Shown here piece after piece: positions 9,664 to 19,635 of a stretch of 64,000 nt of DNA. Where the stretch lies: IMG/VR virus record IMGVR_UViG_3300014819_000003, positions 27,276 through 91,275 of that record; one strand, given 5' to 3'. Source of the stretch: a virus. A program made the position numbers and the translations under genes. The notes beneath the pieces are model-generated. The model saw only the letters and a list, made by a program, of their open reading frames with translations. It was not told where the DNA came from and made no database searches. Position 1 is the first letter of the stretch. The number at the start of each line of letters is the position of its first letter.

Positions 9664-12600
9664 GTGGCTGATGTTAACGCAAATATTGGCGTACATATTG
9701 ACACCTCTGCAACTATTGCTCAACTCAAGGCACTACGTGCTGAGATATCTAGATTTAATCAATCTGTAATAAAATCAAGCGCTTCTGCTGCTATAGCACA
9801 GCGTGATCTACAAACCAACCTAGTAAATGCTATAAATGCCACTGGCAAATTCCATGCCAAGATGGGCTTAATTAGAACATCTACAGAGTCCTTTACACAT
9901 GCCCTTGAAACCAATAAACTTTCAATGCGTGAGTACTTCAGGTACGCTGGCGGGGCAAGTACAACATTCCGTAAACTATTTACAAAAGAATTTGACACTA
10001 TAAGTCAGGTTGCTGCAGACCGTGTAAAGAGAATGCAGACTCAATATGTTAAGTTGGGTCGTGATGCATCTGGAGCAATGAAGGCAATATCCATAACTCC
10101 TACAACCTTAAATATGAAGGACTATGGAACTCAAGTTGCAATGGCAGCACAGAGACAGGCACTTTTAAATCAATTATTGAAACAAGGATCAACTAATCTA
10201 TTAAATTTTGGTAAGAATACTCAATGGGCTGGTCGCCAGTTGATGGTTGGTTTTACAGTTCCACTAGCCTATCTTGGAACATCAGCAGCCAAAACATTTA
10301 TGGCAATTGAAGAACAGGTTATCAAATTTAAACGTGTTTATGGTGAAATGTTTACTACTTCAGACCAAACAAATAAGGCTTTAGAGGACGTTAGAAGGCT
10401 TGCTGAAGAATTTACAAAATATGGTGTTGCTGTAGAAAAAACAATTGAACTTGCAGCAAAGGCTGCTGCTACAGGTAAGATGGGTGCAGATCTTACTGCA
10501 CAGGTTGCAGAAGCAACAAGGCTTGCTGTTCTTGGTGGAGTTGAACAAGAAGAGGCTCTAGATACAACAATTTCATTAACAAATGCATTTGGAATAGCGG
10601 CTGCAGATTTAAGTAAAAAGATTGACTTCCTTAACGCAGTAGAAAACCAAACAGTTGTATCTATTGAAGATTTAACTATTGCAGTTCCAAAGGCTGGACC
10701 AGTTATTCAGCAACTAGGCGGTAATGTAGAAGACCTTGCATTCTTTTTAACTGCCATGAAAGAAGGTGGCATTAATGCATCTGAAGGTGCTAACGCTCTA
10801 AAGTCTGGTCTTGCATCTCTTATTAATCCAACAGATAAAGCATCCAAAATGTTGGGTGAGTTGGGAATTAATATTAAGGGAATTGTTGAAGCAAATAAAG
10901 GAAATGTAAAAGGCGTAGTTCTTGATTTTGCTGCAGCATTAGACACTCTTGATCCACTAAATCGTGCTCGTGCTATTGAACAATTATTTGGTAAATTCCA
11001 GTTTGCTCGTTTATCTACTTTATTTTCAAATGTTTCTAAAGAAGGAACACAGGCATCAAGGGTATTAGATTTAGCAACTGCATCAGTTGAAGAACTTGCT
11101 ATTATTTCAGAACGAGAATTAAAAGCAGTAGAAGATGCTATTGGAACAAATTTTAAAGAAGCAGTTCAGCAGTTAAGACTTGCTTTAGAGCCAATAGGAA
11201 AAGAATTTTTAAAAGTTATCACCCCTATAGCACAAACCATAGCAAACCTTTTAGATAAATTTAATAATCTTGGCGACGGAACAAAGAAATTTATTGTTAT
11301 TGCTACAACATTAGTAGGGGTAATAGGACCAACATTTTTGATGACATTTGGTTTGCTTGCTAACGCAGTTGCTAATATTATTAAATTATTTACAACAATG
11401 CGTGGTGGATTTTTAAGGCTTAAAGGTGGATCAGCAGTCCTTGCAGAACAAACAAATTATTTAACCAAAGAGCAAATGGAGGCAACAACTGTTGCTGCTG
11501 CTCTTGATCAAGCACATAATAGATTAACTCAAAGATTTACATCAGAGGCTGTAGCATTACAGAAACTAAGAGCAGCATTTGATAGTGCTTCTGCAGCGCA
11601 GGCAAGATTTGCTGCTACCAATCCAGGAATGATGATTCCAGGATTTAAAGGTGCAAAGAAATTTAATTTTGGAACCATGAAAGTTCCAGGGTATGCAAAA
11701 GGAACTGACACAGTACCTGCAATGCTTACACCTGGAGAAGCAGTTATTCCAGCAGACATAGCACAAGATGAAAGATTTAAACCAATCATTCAGGCACTAG
11801 TAACTGGAGATCTTCCAGGATATCAAGATGGAACTGAGGGAGTTGGTAAACAGTCTGGAAGAAAACTCAAACAAACAGTATTTTTTGATTTTGATGATAC
11901 CTTGGCTAGAAGCACATCTGCTATAGAACAATGGAAAGCAGAACGTGGAATCACTGGCAAGACTACACCAGAAATGTATGATGCATTTAATAAAGATGTT
12001 GTTGCTGGAAGAAAAGTTCCAATCATACAAGAAAATATTGATAAACTAAAAAGACTTCAGGCTGCTGGTGTTGATGTTAGAATTTTGACTGCTAGAACTG
12101 CAAATGAAACTAACTTAGAATCACTTAAAAAAGTTTTAGCATCAAATGGTGTAATAATCCAAGATAGTAAAATTCAATTAAATAATACTGGAGATACTGA
12201 TGCAAAATTTAAAGCATCACATATTAAGGGCTTTTTAAAAGATAATCCAGATTCTAGAGCACAGTTAATAGATGACAAAATAGAAAATGTAAAAGCAGTA
12301 AGAGCACTAAGTTCTGCAAAAGATATGTCTAAGAGATTTGGTGCTGTTGTTACCTCTGCTGCTGTCGAACCTGCCGAGTTTGTTAAGATGAAAGACGGAG
12401 TTCTTGGAGTTAAGTTCCAAGGAAGAACTTATCCAGTTGGAGAAAATGAAGCAAAAGCAAAAGCAGTTGTTACTAAACTCAATGATGAACTCGCTGCTCA
12501 AAAATCACAAGAAGGAAGAATTAAAACTGCAAACTGGGCAACAAACAGATTTGGGGAACTAGTAGATGCTAGAGACAAAGGTAGATTAATAAGCACATCA

Positions 12601-15600
12601 AGAATTTGGCGTAAAGAACGTGGTAGAGGTGGAATTAATTATGTAGTTAGAAAAGCGCTAAATGATCTTGCTGGTGGAAGCAGTTATGAAAACCTAATTA
12701 AGGCTCGTCAAAATTCGGAACAAAAACTTGTTATGCAGGCCTTGGAAGACTATCAAAAGAGGACTGGAAAAGCCTTAACACCAAAACAAATTGAGCAGGC
12801 TTTACAGATTCAAGCATCACATGTGTGGCCAAGTAAAGATGAAACAGGAAGACAACTTAAGTTTGATGATCCATTAAAATGGCAGCGTGGTCATGTATTT
12901 GATGATTTAGGAATTCTTAATAATTATTTGAATAGAACTGGAACAACTAGAACTGGTCAGCCTACAGCATTTCAGAAAGTTGCAGATGCATTTTTACAAG
13001 ATGATGAATTTACTAAACAATCTGGATTAAATAAACAACAACTTTATAAAGATTTAGAATGGGCTAGACAAAATAAACAACCAACAACAATGCAGGAACT
13101 GCAATCTATCAAGAGATTAGCAGAACTTGATCAAATAATGAGTAATGCTGGAGTTTATACAAATAAGTCAGTAATTGATAGACTTGGTATTCGTGGAGTT
13201 GGAAACTTACAGTCACTAGCGAATGGTATTTATCAAGCAGAAGTGTCTGGTAAATTAGTTGCTGCTCGTGGTCCAGAATGGGCTAAAGGACTTGCAGCGA
13301 GAATATTAGATTTAGCAAGTATGAAATCTGTAGCAAAAGGTGGAGCACCATTAGCAGAATATGATTTTGCTGTTGCTAGAGGAGAAAGAATAAAATCAAC
13401 TGCTGGATCACGTACAGTAACAGGTGCAACTGGAAGAAAGAAACCAGCATCTACTAAGGCTGTAGGTCCTTCGGCTGGTCCAAAAGATACCAGATTGATT
13501 ACATCAAAAGGCGTAAAGTCTATTACTCCAGTAAGAGTTGGTCGTTTTGCTTATGGAGCAGAGGGTGGATTTGGAGATCAACGTGTTGCTGGTTCAACTA
13601 CCGCTCAAGAAATAGCAAGAGAACGAAGAATAAGTCTTAATGAAGCAAAGAAACTTCTTGCACAAGAAAGAAAACTTGCTGAGGCAAGAGCAGCGGGTAC
13701 TGACGTAACAGAAGAATCTGGTAAAGCAACATCTCAAAAAACTGAACTAGATAAAAAACAATTACAGCAGATGAGATATGAAAGAGTTTCTAGAATATCA
13801 TCTCCAGTTGCAATGGCATCTGGAACTGCAGTTATGGCTGGAGCAATGATGGGAGCGCCAGAAGGATTTACAAAAATGATGCTAGGCGTTTCTGTTATTT
13901 CTTCAATCCTACCATTAATGACAAATCCATGGATGCTTGCAATTGCTGCAGTTGTAGGTACTGGTGCATTATTATTAAAATTTAATAATGATATAAAGAA
14001 GGCAAGAGAAGCAGGCATAAATCTTGCCAAAGCAATGACAATGAGTGCTGATGATGTAAAAGAATTAAGCATGATGACTGGAAAACCTAGTGCGTCAGAA
14101 ATTGCAGATAGACGTAGAAAAAATATTCTTGGTGGTGGAATAACAGAGCCACAACGTCAATTTGGTCAAAATGTTTTAGAAAGTGAATTTGGTAAAAAAT
14201 TATTGGCTGATGTTCAAACATTGTCTAAAACTGGAATGCAGCCAAAAGATGTTGCAAAAAATATTTCTACACAGTTAGGGCAAGCAGTTCTTCAAGGAGT
14301 AATAACTATGAAAGAAGCAGCAAGTATTGCTTCTGCTCTTGGAGAAAAATTAGGAAGTTATGAAATACCATTAAATATTACTGGTAATTTAAATCAAATA
14401 TTTGGTCCAAATGGAGAAAATTTAAAAACAGATCCATTAAGAATTGCTTTAGAAATTAAAAAAGATTCAATAAATACACAAGCACAAGCATTTCAACAAG
14501 CAATAGCAAATAGAAAACCAACAGTTGGCCTTGGTGCAGCACAAACTATTGGTGGTGCTACTGCTGCTGGTGCTGCAATTGGAGCAGGAATTGGTGCATT
14601 TGGAGGTCCATTTGCTCCAGTTACTGCCACTGGTGGTGCTGCTATTGGTGCTGTGGTTGGTGCAATTGGCGGTACTGGTGCAGCAATTATTAATGAAGGT
14701 GATAAAGCAAAAAATGCAAAGTTAGATGCGGCAGCACTTCAGTTAGGTATTGAACTTGTAGCACAAAACCAAGATCTTGTAGACTCACTTAATCAACAAT
14801 ATGATGTCAAAGTTAAACAGGCCAAGACAACTGCAGAAATAGATGCTATAGAAAAAGAACGTAAAGCAGCGGTAGATAGACTAAATGCAGAAAATACAAA
14901 AACACTACAGTTGTTGATTGAACAAAGAAAACAAATGGGCGACGGTACATTTAATGCTGCTATTAAGGCTGCAGCAGATGCAATGTATAAAGAAGGCCCA
15001 ATGGCTGTTTTCAAAGATCAGGCACTAGAAGCATTAAATTCTTTAGAGAGTTCAGATTTTAAAGCACAACTACAACTTGGTTTTGCATCTGGAGATATAG
15101 ATCCGCTTACATTAACAAATATATTAAACCTATCTGCACAAAATAAACCTATACAGCAAGATATACAATTTTTAATTAATACAGAAGGTTTTGCAGACAT
15201 GGCCGTGCTTACGCAACTTCTTAACTCAGTTGCTATTGATCCAAAAACAGGAAAAGCAGACCCACTAGTTTTTCAAACTATTTTAAGTTATATAAATAAA
15301 AATGAACAAACTTTTGATGAAGATCTTGAGGCAGTTCGTCGTATTGCTGATTTTAAAGGTGCATACAACGTAACACTAGACGCAAAAACAAATGGTATTG
15401 AAAAACTTCAAATTGCTACAACAGCATTAAAACAAATTGAAGATCTTCCAGAAAAAGTTACTAAACAAGCACTTATTGATGCAAATACAAACGGACAGTT
15501 TAATGATATTATTGCAAACTGGTCAGCACTTTCTCAAGGTAAAGATTTAATTAATAAAAATCTTATAGTAAATTATAAAGTCGGTGCAATAGATCCAAAT

Positions 15601-18600
15601 TTGCAAAATGCTGCTAAGGCTGCAAACCAAAGTGTTCCAGAATTTTTGGCTAAAGGGTTTGTTGCTCCAACACCAACTAATATTCCGCCAACAGAAACTC
15701 CTGGGCCTAAAAAGGGTAGAGATACAACACTTGATGAATTATTAAAAAGACTTAAGTTTATTCGCAAAGCATCTATTGATGCACAAGGAGGAGTAAAAGA
15801 ACTAGAAAGAATAACTGCTGGCAAAGGACTTACCAAGTTTAATGGAGTAGTACAACAACTTGCTGCTGGTCCAAAAGGTGGTTTTAATAGAGAGTTTATT
15901 TCATTCCTTGAGGGAATGGATAATGCAACTCGTAAAACATACATGACCATTAAAAATGGACAGGTCATTCTTACTAAACAAGGCAAGGCACTCAAAGAAG
16001 CATTTAATGAAAAAGTAATAGGTGAATATCAAGTAGCACAGTTCCAAGCAGTTCAGGATACTAAGGCTCAGGGTGCAGCACTTGCTAAATTACGTGCTGC
16101 TGGAATTGATTCTGCCACCGCTCTTGAAATGGTCGCTGACGCTAATCTTGCAGTAGCAATAAATAGCAAAAATATTTCATCTGCAGAACTTAAGAATATG
16201 GCTACACAAGCCCAGGAAGCAAAAGATAAAGTAAGAGAACTAAATCTTGAACTTCAAGGAACTGTTACAACAATGGTTGGTCGTGGTCAAGAACTAGATG
16301 AAACAATTAAAGTTATATCAAGAATAAAAGAAATAAATCCAAATGTTTCTTCTGAATTCCTACAGGCTCTTGCTTCTGATAAAACTGCTGTTCAAGGTTT
16401 TTATGATGCATTTTTCAAAGGTGCACAAAATAATGTACCTAATCTAAAAGATTATATAGATACATACTTTAAGAATAATCAATTAGAAGTAACTCTTAAA
16501 GGTATTTTAGATCCACAAGAACTTGTAAGACAGGCTCAAGAAGCATTTGATAAAGCATCATCTACTATTGATAAATATCTAAGTGCACAAAGAGCACAGG
16601 CAACTCTTCAGGTTGCACCACCAACACTAATGAATGAACTAGGTAGAAATCTACAAGTTGCACAAGATACATTAGTAGAAGCAGAAACAAATCTACAAAA
16701 TATAAAGGATGCAACTGGAAGAACTATAACAAACTATCAGTCCGAAATAGATGCCCTAAGACGAGAACTTGATGCTGGACTAGAAATAGAAATCAGAAAA
16801 CTTACTGAACAGATAAAGGCTGAACAGGATAAGATTGCTGCAGAATATGACAAGCCAATTGAAGGTCTTCGTAAGAACATTGAAAAAATTCAAAGAGATA
16901 TTGAGATTAATTTTACAAGACCAATTGAAGAGTTAAATAATCAAATTGATGATATTCAGCGAGGTATAGAACTAAACTTTGATCGTCCAATTGCTACACT
17001 ACAAGAAGAATCATCTGACCTATCTAATGAATTAACCTTGATGGATAAGGTTGCAGAGTCTATAAATAAGAAATATGATGAACAAGCAGCAGCCTTGCAA
17101 AAAGTTGCAGATATTAATCAAGAAATATCTGATCAACAAAAGGGACAATTAGATCTTGCTGGTGCATTAAGCCGTGGAGATGTTGCTGCTGCTGCTCAGG
17201 CTGCACAAGAGATGAGAGCACAGGCAGCGGCACGTGCAAAAGAACGAGCATCTGGAGTAATAGAAGCAGCAAGACAGGCAGAACTTGGAGGACTACGTTC
17301 TGCTACTGGAATGACCAGAGCACAAATAGAAGAACGTCAGTTCCAAATTAGCCAACAAATATTCCAACTTGAAGAACAAAAAGAAGCACAGTTAACTAAA
17401 GTAACTGAACTTCAAGATCAAATTTATGCTAAAACACAACTTCTTGAAGTTGAACAACGTAAGATTCGTGACCTTGAAGACCAGATTTATGCAAAAGAAG
17501 TTGCACGTCAAGCAGCACTAGATGCCTTAATTCCAAAGCAAGAACTATTAACAGATTTGGAAAAGAAACGTGCTGCCGCTCTTGAAAAGATTGCAGAAAA
17601 AGAAGATGCTATATCAAAAATTAAAAACTCACAAGCATATAAAGATGCTGAAAAGGCTGTTGCAGATGCTCAAAAGGCTGTAGATGCTGCTCAAAAGAAA
17701 CTTGATGATATTGAAAAGAAATTAAGAGATGCGCTTGCTAAAGTTGATGCACAACAAGCAAAATGGGACGATATTAAACTTGGTATTGAAGGTGCTCAAG
17801 GCGCTGTAAAAGACTTTGATGCAGAGTTAGCAAATGCAAAAATAGCAGCAGATAAATTAGCAAAGGCAATTGCTAGTGTTGTTTCTGCAGATGCAAACAT
17901 TACTGGCGCTGATGTATTTGGAAATGGTTTAGGTACAAGTACGGTTACAGATGAATATGGATTAGATCCAAAAGATCCAGACTATCAAGAAAAACGTAGA
18001 GCAAGACAGGGTATTGGAATGGGTGCAGGTACAAAAACTGCAACAAAAGAAACTGCAACAAAGGCTCTTGCAACCAACCTTAATTCAGCAGCAACTTCTG
18101 CTACAGTTGTTCAAACAGCACTAGGAAAAATAGCAGAACTATCTAAACTTTCTGCTGTAGATCAAGAAAAGATTGCAACCTCTATTGTAAAACAGGCAGA
18201 ACAGTCTGGACTGTTAAAGAGTGCAGAAGAAGCAATAACTCAGTTTATTAAAGATCAGGTGACCCCATCAGAACAAATAGCAACTAATACTAAGAATATG
18301 CTTGATTCTTTAGTTGCTGCAATAGTACCAGCCAATACAATTGCTGGAATATTTAATTCAATTTTAAGCACTGCAAATGCAATTTATCAAAGAATCTTAA
18401 GTTGGAATACAACAGTAACAACAGTACATAATATTATAGAAAATGTAACAAGAAACATTACAGAATATATAACACAAATAATTAAACAAGTAGTTGATAC
18501 TGGTCCAGGTAAGATGTATGGTGGAAAGATTACTGGATACATGGGTGGAGGTATGGTAAAGCCAATGTATCTTGCTGGTGGTGGCGCTATTGGATCTGAT

Positions 18601-18987
18601 ACCGTGCCAGCGATGCTAACTCCTGGTGAGTTTGTTGTTAATAAAGCATCTTCACAAGCATTTGCTCCTTTCTTAACAGCAATTAATGAAAGTAAATATC
18701 CTTCAATTTTGGCTAAAAATATATCAAATGCTAGACCAATATATCAAATTCCAATACAAACATCTTTATCTCAGCCATCATATGATATATCCTCTCCAGT
18801 ATTTAGTGCATCTCCAACAAATATTGCAAATGCTGCCTATAACGATAACTCCAGTTCAGTGTATAATTATAGTGTTGGAATTAGTGTTGGTGGAACAAAT
18901 GCTTCTCCAGATACAATAGCAAAGGCAGTAATGAACGAAATTAAATATCTAGACTCTCAGCGAGTTAAAAGTCAGAAGGTTTCATAA
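9664..18987 (+). CDS. Tape measure protein with internal HAD-like domain
   Basis: 3107 aa; TP901-type TMP core, two DTVPAMLTPGE motifs, hydrophobic segments, long coiled coils; FFDFDDT..LTAR..K..IDD insert. Confidence 0.92.
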   Translation: MADVNANIGVHIDTSATIAQLKALRAEISRFNQSVIKSSASAAIAQRDLQTNLVNAINATGKFHAKMGLIRTSTESFTHALETNKLSMREYFRYAGGASTTFRKLFTKEFDTISQVAADRVKRMQTQYVKLGRDASGAMKAISITPTTLNMKDYGTQVAMAAQRQALLNQLLKQGSTNLLNFGKNTQWAGRQLMVGFTVPLAYLGTSAAKTFMAIEEQVIKFKRVYGEMFTTSDQTNKALEDVRRLAEEFTKYGVAVEKTIELAAKAAATGKMGADLTAQVAEATRLAVLGGVEQEEALDTTISLTNAFGIAAADLSKKIDFLNAVENQTVVSIEDLTIAVPKAGPVIQQLGGNVEDLAFFLTAMKEGGINASEGANALKSGLASLINPTDKASKMLGELGINIKGIVEANKGNVKGVVLDFAAALDTLDPLNRARAIEQLFGKFQFARLSTLFSNVSKEGTQASRVLDLATASVEELAIISERELKAVEDAIGTNFKEAVQQLRLALEPIGKEFLKVITPIAQTIANLLDKFNNLGDGTKKFIVIATTLVGVIGPTFLMTFGLLANAVANIIKLFTTMRGGFLRLKGGSAVLAEQTNYLTKEQMEATTVAAALDQAHNRLTQRFTSEAVALQKLRAAFDSASAAQARFAATNPGMMIPGFKGAKKFNFGTMKVPGYAKGTDTVPAMLTPGEAVIPADIAQDERFKPIIQALVTGDLPGYQDGTEGVGKQSGRKLKQTVFFDFDDTLARSTSAIEQWKAERGITGKTTPEMYDAFNKDVVAGRKVPIIQENIDKLKRLQAAGVDVRILTARTANETNLESLKKVLASNGVIIQDSKIQLNNTGDTDAKFKASHIKGFLKDNPDSRAQLIDDKIENVKAVRALSSAKDMSKRFGAVVTSAAVEPAEFVKMKDGVLGVKFQGRTYPVGENEAKAKAVVTKLNDELAAQKSQEGRIKTANWATNRFGELVDARDKGRLISTSRIWRKERGRGGINYVVRKALNDLAGGSSYENLIKARQNSEQKLVMQALEDYQKRTGKALTPKQIEQALQIQASHVWPSKDETGRQLKFDDPLKWQRGHVFDDLGILNNYLNRTGTTRTGQPTAFQKVADAFLQDDEFTKQSGLNKQQLYKDLEWARQNKQPTTMQELQSIKRLAELDQIMSNAGVYTNKSVIDRLGIRGVGNLQSLANGIYQAEVSGKLVAARGPEWAKGLAARILDLASMKSVAKGGAPLAEYDFAVARGERIKSTAGSRTVTGATGRKKPASTKAVGPSAGPKDTRLITSKGVKSITPVRVGRFAYGAEGGFGDQRVAGSTTAQEIARERRISLNEAKKLLAQERKLAEARAAGTDVTEESGKATSQKTELDKKQLQQMRYERVSRISSPVAMASGTAVMAGAMMGAPEGFTKMMLGVSVISSILPLMTNPWMLAIAAVVGTGALLLKFNNDIKKAREAGINLAKAMTMSADDVKELSMMTGKPSASEIADRRRKNILGGGITEPQRQFGQNVLESEFGKKLLADVQTLSKTGMQPKDVAKNISTQLGQAVLQGVITMKEAASIASALGEKLGSYEIPLNITGNLNQIFGPNGENLKTDPLRIALEIKKDSINTQAQAFQQAIANRKPTVGLGAAQTIGGATAAGAAIGAGIGAFGGPFAPVTATGGAAIGAVVGAIGGTGAAIINEGDKAKNAKLDAAALQLGIELVAQNQDLVDSLNQQYDVKVKQAKTTAEIDAIEKERKAAVDRLNAENTKTLQLLIEQRKQMGDGTFNAAIKAAADAMYKEGPMAVFKDQALEALNSLESSDFKAQLQLGFASGDIDPLTLTNILNLSAQNKPIQQDIQFLINTEGFADMAVLTQLLNSVAIDPKTGKADPLVFQTILSYINKNEQTFDEDLEAVRRIADFKGAYNVTLDAKTNGIEKLQIATTALKQIEDLPEKVTKQALIDANTNGQFNDIIANWSALSQGKDLINKNLIVNYKVGAIDPNLQNAAKAANQSVPEFLAKGFVAPTPTNIPPTETPGPKKGRDTTLDELLKRLKFIRKASIDAQGGVKELERITAGKGLTKFNGVVQQLAAGPKGGFNREFISFLEGMDNATRKTYMTIKNGQVILTKQGKALKEAFNEKVIGEYQVAQFQAVQDTKAQGAALAKLRAAGIDSATALEMVADANLAVAINSKNISSAELKNMATQAQEAKDKVRELNLELQGTVTTMVGRGQELDETIKVISRIKEINPNVSSEFLQALASDKTAVQGFYDAFFKGAQNNVPNLKDYIDTYFKNNQLEVTLKGILDPQELVRQAQEAFDKASSTIDKYLSAQRAQATLQVAPPTLMNELGRNLQVAQDTLVEAETNLQNIKDATGRTITNYQSEIDALRRELDAGLEIEIRKLTEQIKAEQDKIAAEYDKPIEGLRKNIEKIQRDIEINFTRPIEELNNQIDDIQRGIELNFDRPIATLQEESSDLSNELTLMDKVAESINKKYDEQAAALQKVADINQEISDQQKGQLDLAGALSRGDVAAAAQAAQEMRAQAAARAKERASGVIEAARQAELGGLRSATGMTRAQIEERQFQISQQIFQLEEQKEAQLTKVTELQDQIYAKTQLLEVEQRKIRDLEDQIYAKEVARQAALDALIPKQELLTDLEKKRAAALEKIAEKEDAISKIKNSQAYKDAEKAVADAQKAVDAAQKKLDDIEKKLRDALAKVDAQQAKWDDIKLGIEGAQGAVKDFDAELANAKIAADKLAKAIASVVSADANITGADVFGNGLGTSTVTDEYGLDPKDPDYQEKRRARQGIGMGAGTKTATKETATKALATNLNSAATSATVVQTALGKIAELSKLSAVDQEKIATSIVKQAEQSGLLKSAEEAITQFIKDQVTPSEQIATNTKNMLDSLVAAIVPANTIAGIFNSILSTANAIYQRILSWNTTVTTVHNIIENVTRNITEYITQIIKQVVDTGPGKMYGGKITGYMGGGMVKPMYLAGGGAIGSDTVPAMLTPGEFVVNKASSQAFAPFLTAINESKYPSILAKNISNARPIYQIPIQTSLSQPSYDISSPVFSASPTNIANAAYNDNSSSVYNYSVGISVGGTNASPDTIAKAVMNEIKYLDSQRVKSQKVS

Positions 18988-19634
18988 TGACTACCTCGGC
19001 ATACTTAAGCGGGAGAAAAAGATATCAGCGTCCTCAAGCAATACTGTGGTCTAATAATTCTGGAACCTTAACTGGTGGTCTTTATGTTCCTAATGGATAT
19101 GAAGTCGGAGCAGATACTGCTGAGACTGATCCAGATCTACTAAATCAATTTATTATATTATCTGATCACAATAGAAGCGAAATGTCTTTTACTCCACAAA
19201 GAATAGAACAGCGTCAGCGTACTATAAACGGTCGTATGCGTTCTTATCATATTGCAGACAAGTTACAAATTAGTTTTTCTTGGAGTATGTTGCCATCTAG
19301 ATCACATTATCAAGTAGCAGCATTTGATGATGCAACAGGATTATCTCCATATCAGAATAATACACAAGAGTTTACTGCAGATGGTGGAGCAGGCGGGGTA
19401 GCAATATTAGACTGGTATAACTCTCATACTGGACCATTCTGGATGTATTTGGCATATGATAACTATGCTAACTTTAAAGAAAATGGAGAAGTTGTAAATA
19501 ATTCTTTTGGCCACCTTGCACAATATAATGAAATTATTCAGGTATATTTTGCAGACTTTAACTACTCTGTAGTCAAGCGTGGTGGAAATAATTTTGACAT
19601 GTGGAATATATCGGTAACACTGGAAGAGGTCTAA
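18987..19634 (+). CDS. Distal tail protein-like
   Basis: Directly after TMP; RTINGRMRSY and terminal ISVTLEEV typical of Dit. Confidence 0.7.
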   Translation: MTTSAYLSGRKRYQRPQAILWSNNSGTLTGGLYVPNGYEVGADTAETDPDLLNQFIILSDHNRSEMSFTPQRIEQRQRTINGRMRSYHIADKLQISFSWSMLPSRSHYQVAAFDDATGLSPYQNNTQEFTADGGAGGVAILDWYNSHTGPFWMYLAYDNYANFKENGEVVNNSFGHLAQYNEIIQVYFADFNYSVVKRGGNNFDMWNISVTLEEV

Positions 19635-19635
19635 A

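Noticed and set aside
9560-9664. Programmed -1 frameshift in the tail chaperone
   Set aside because: No downstream alternative-frame ORF before the TMP; duplication explains the long form
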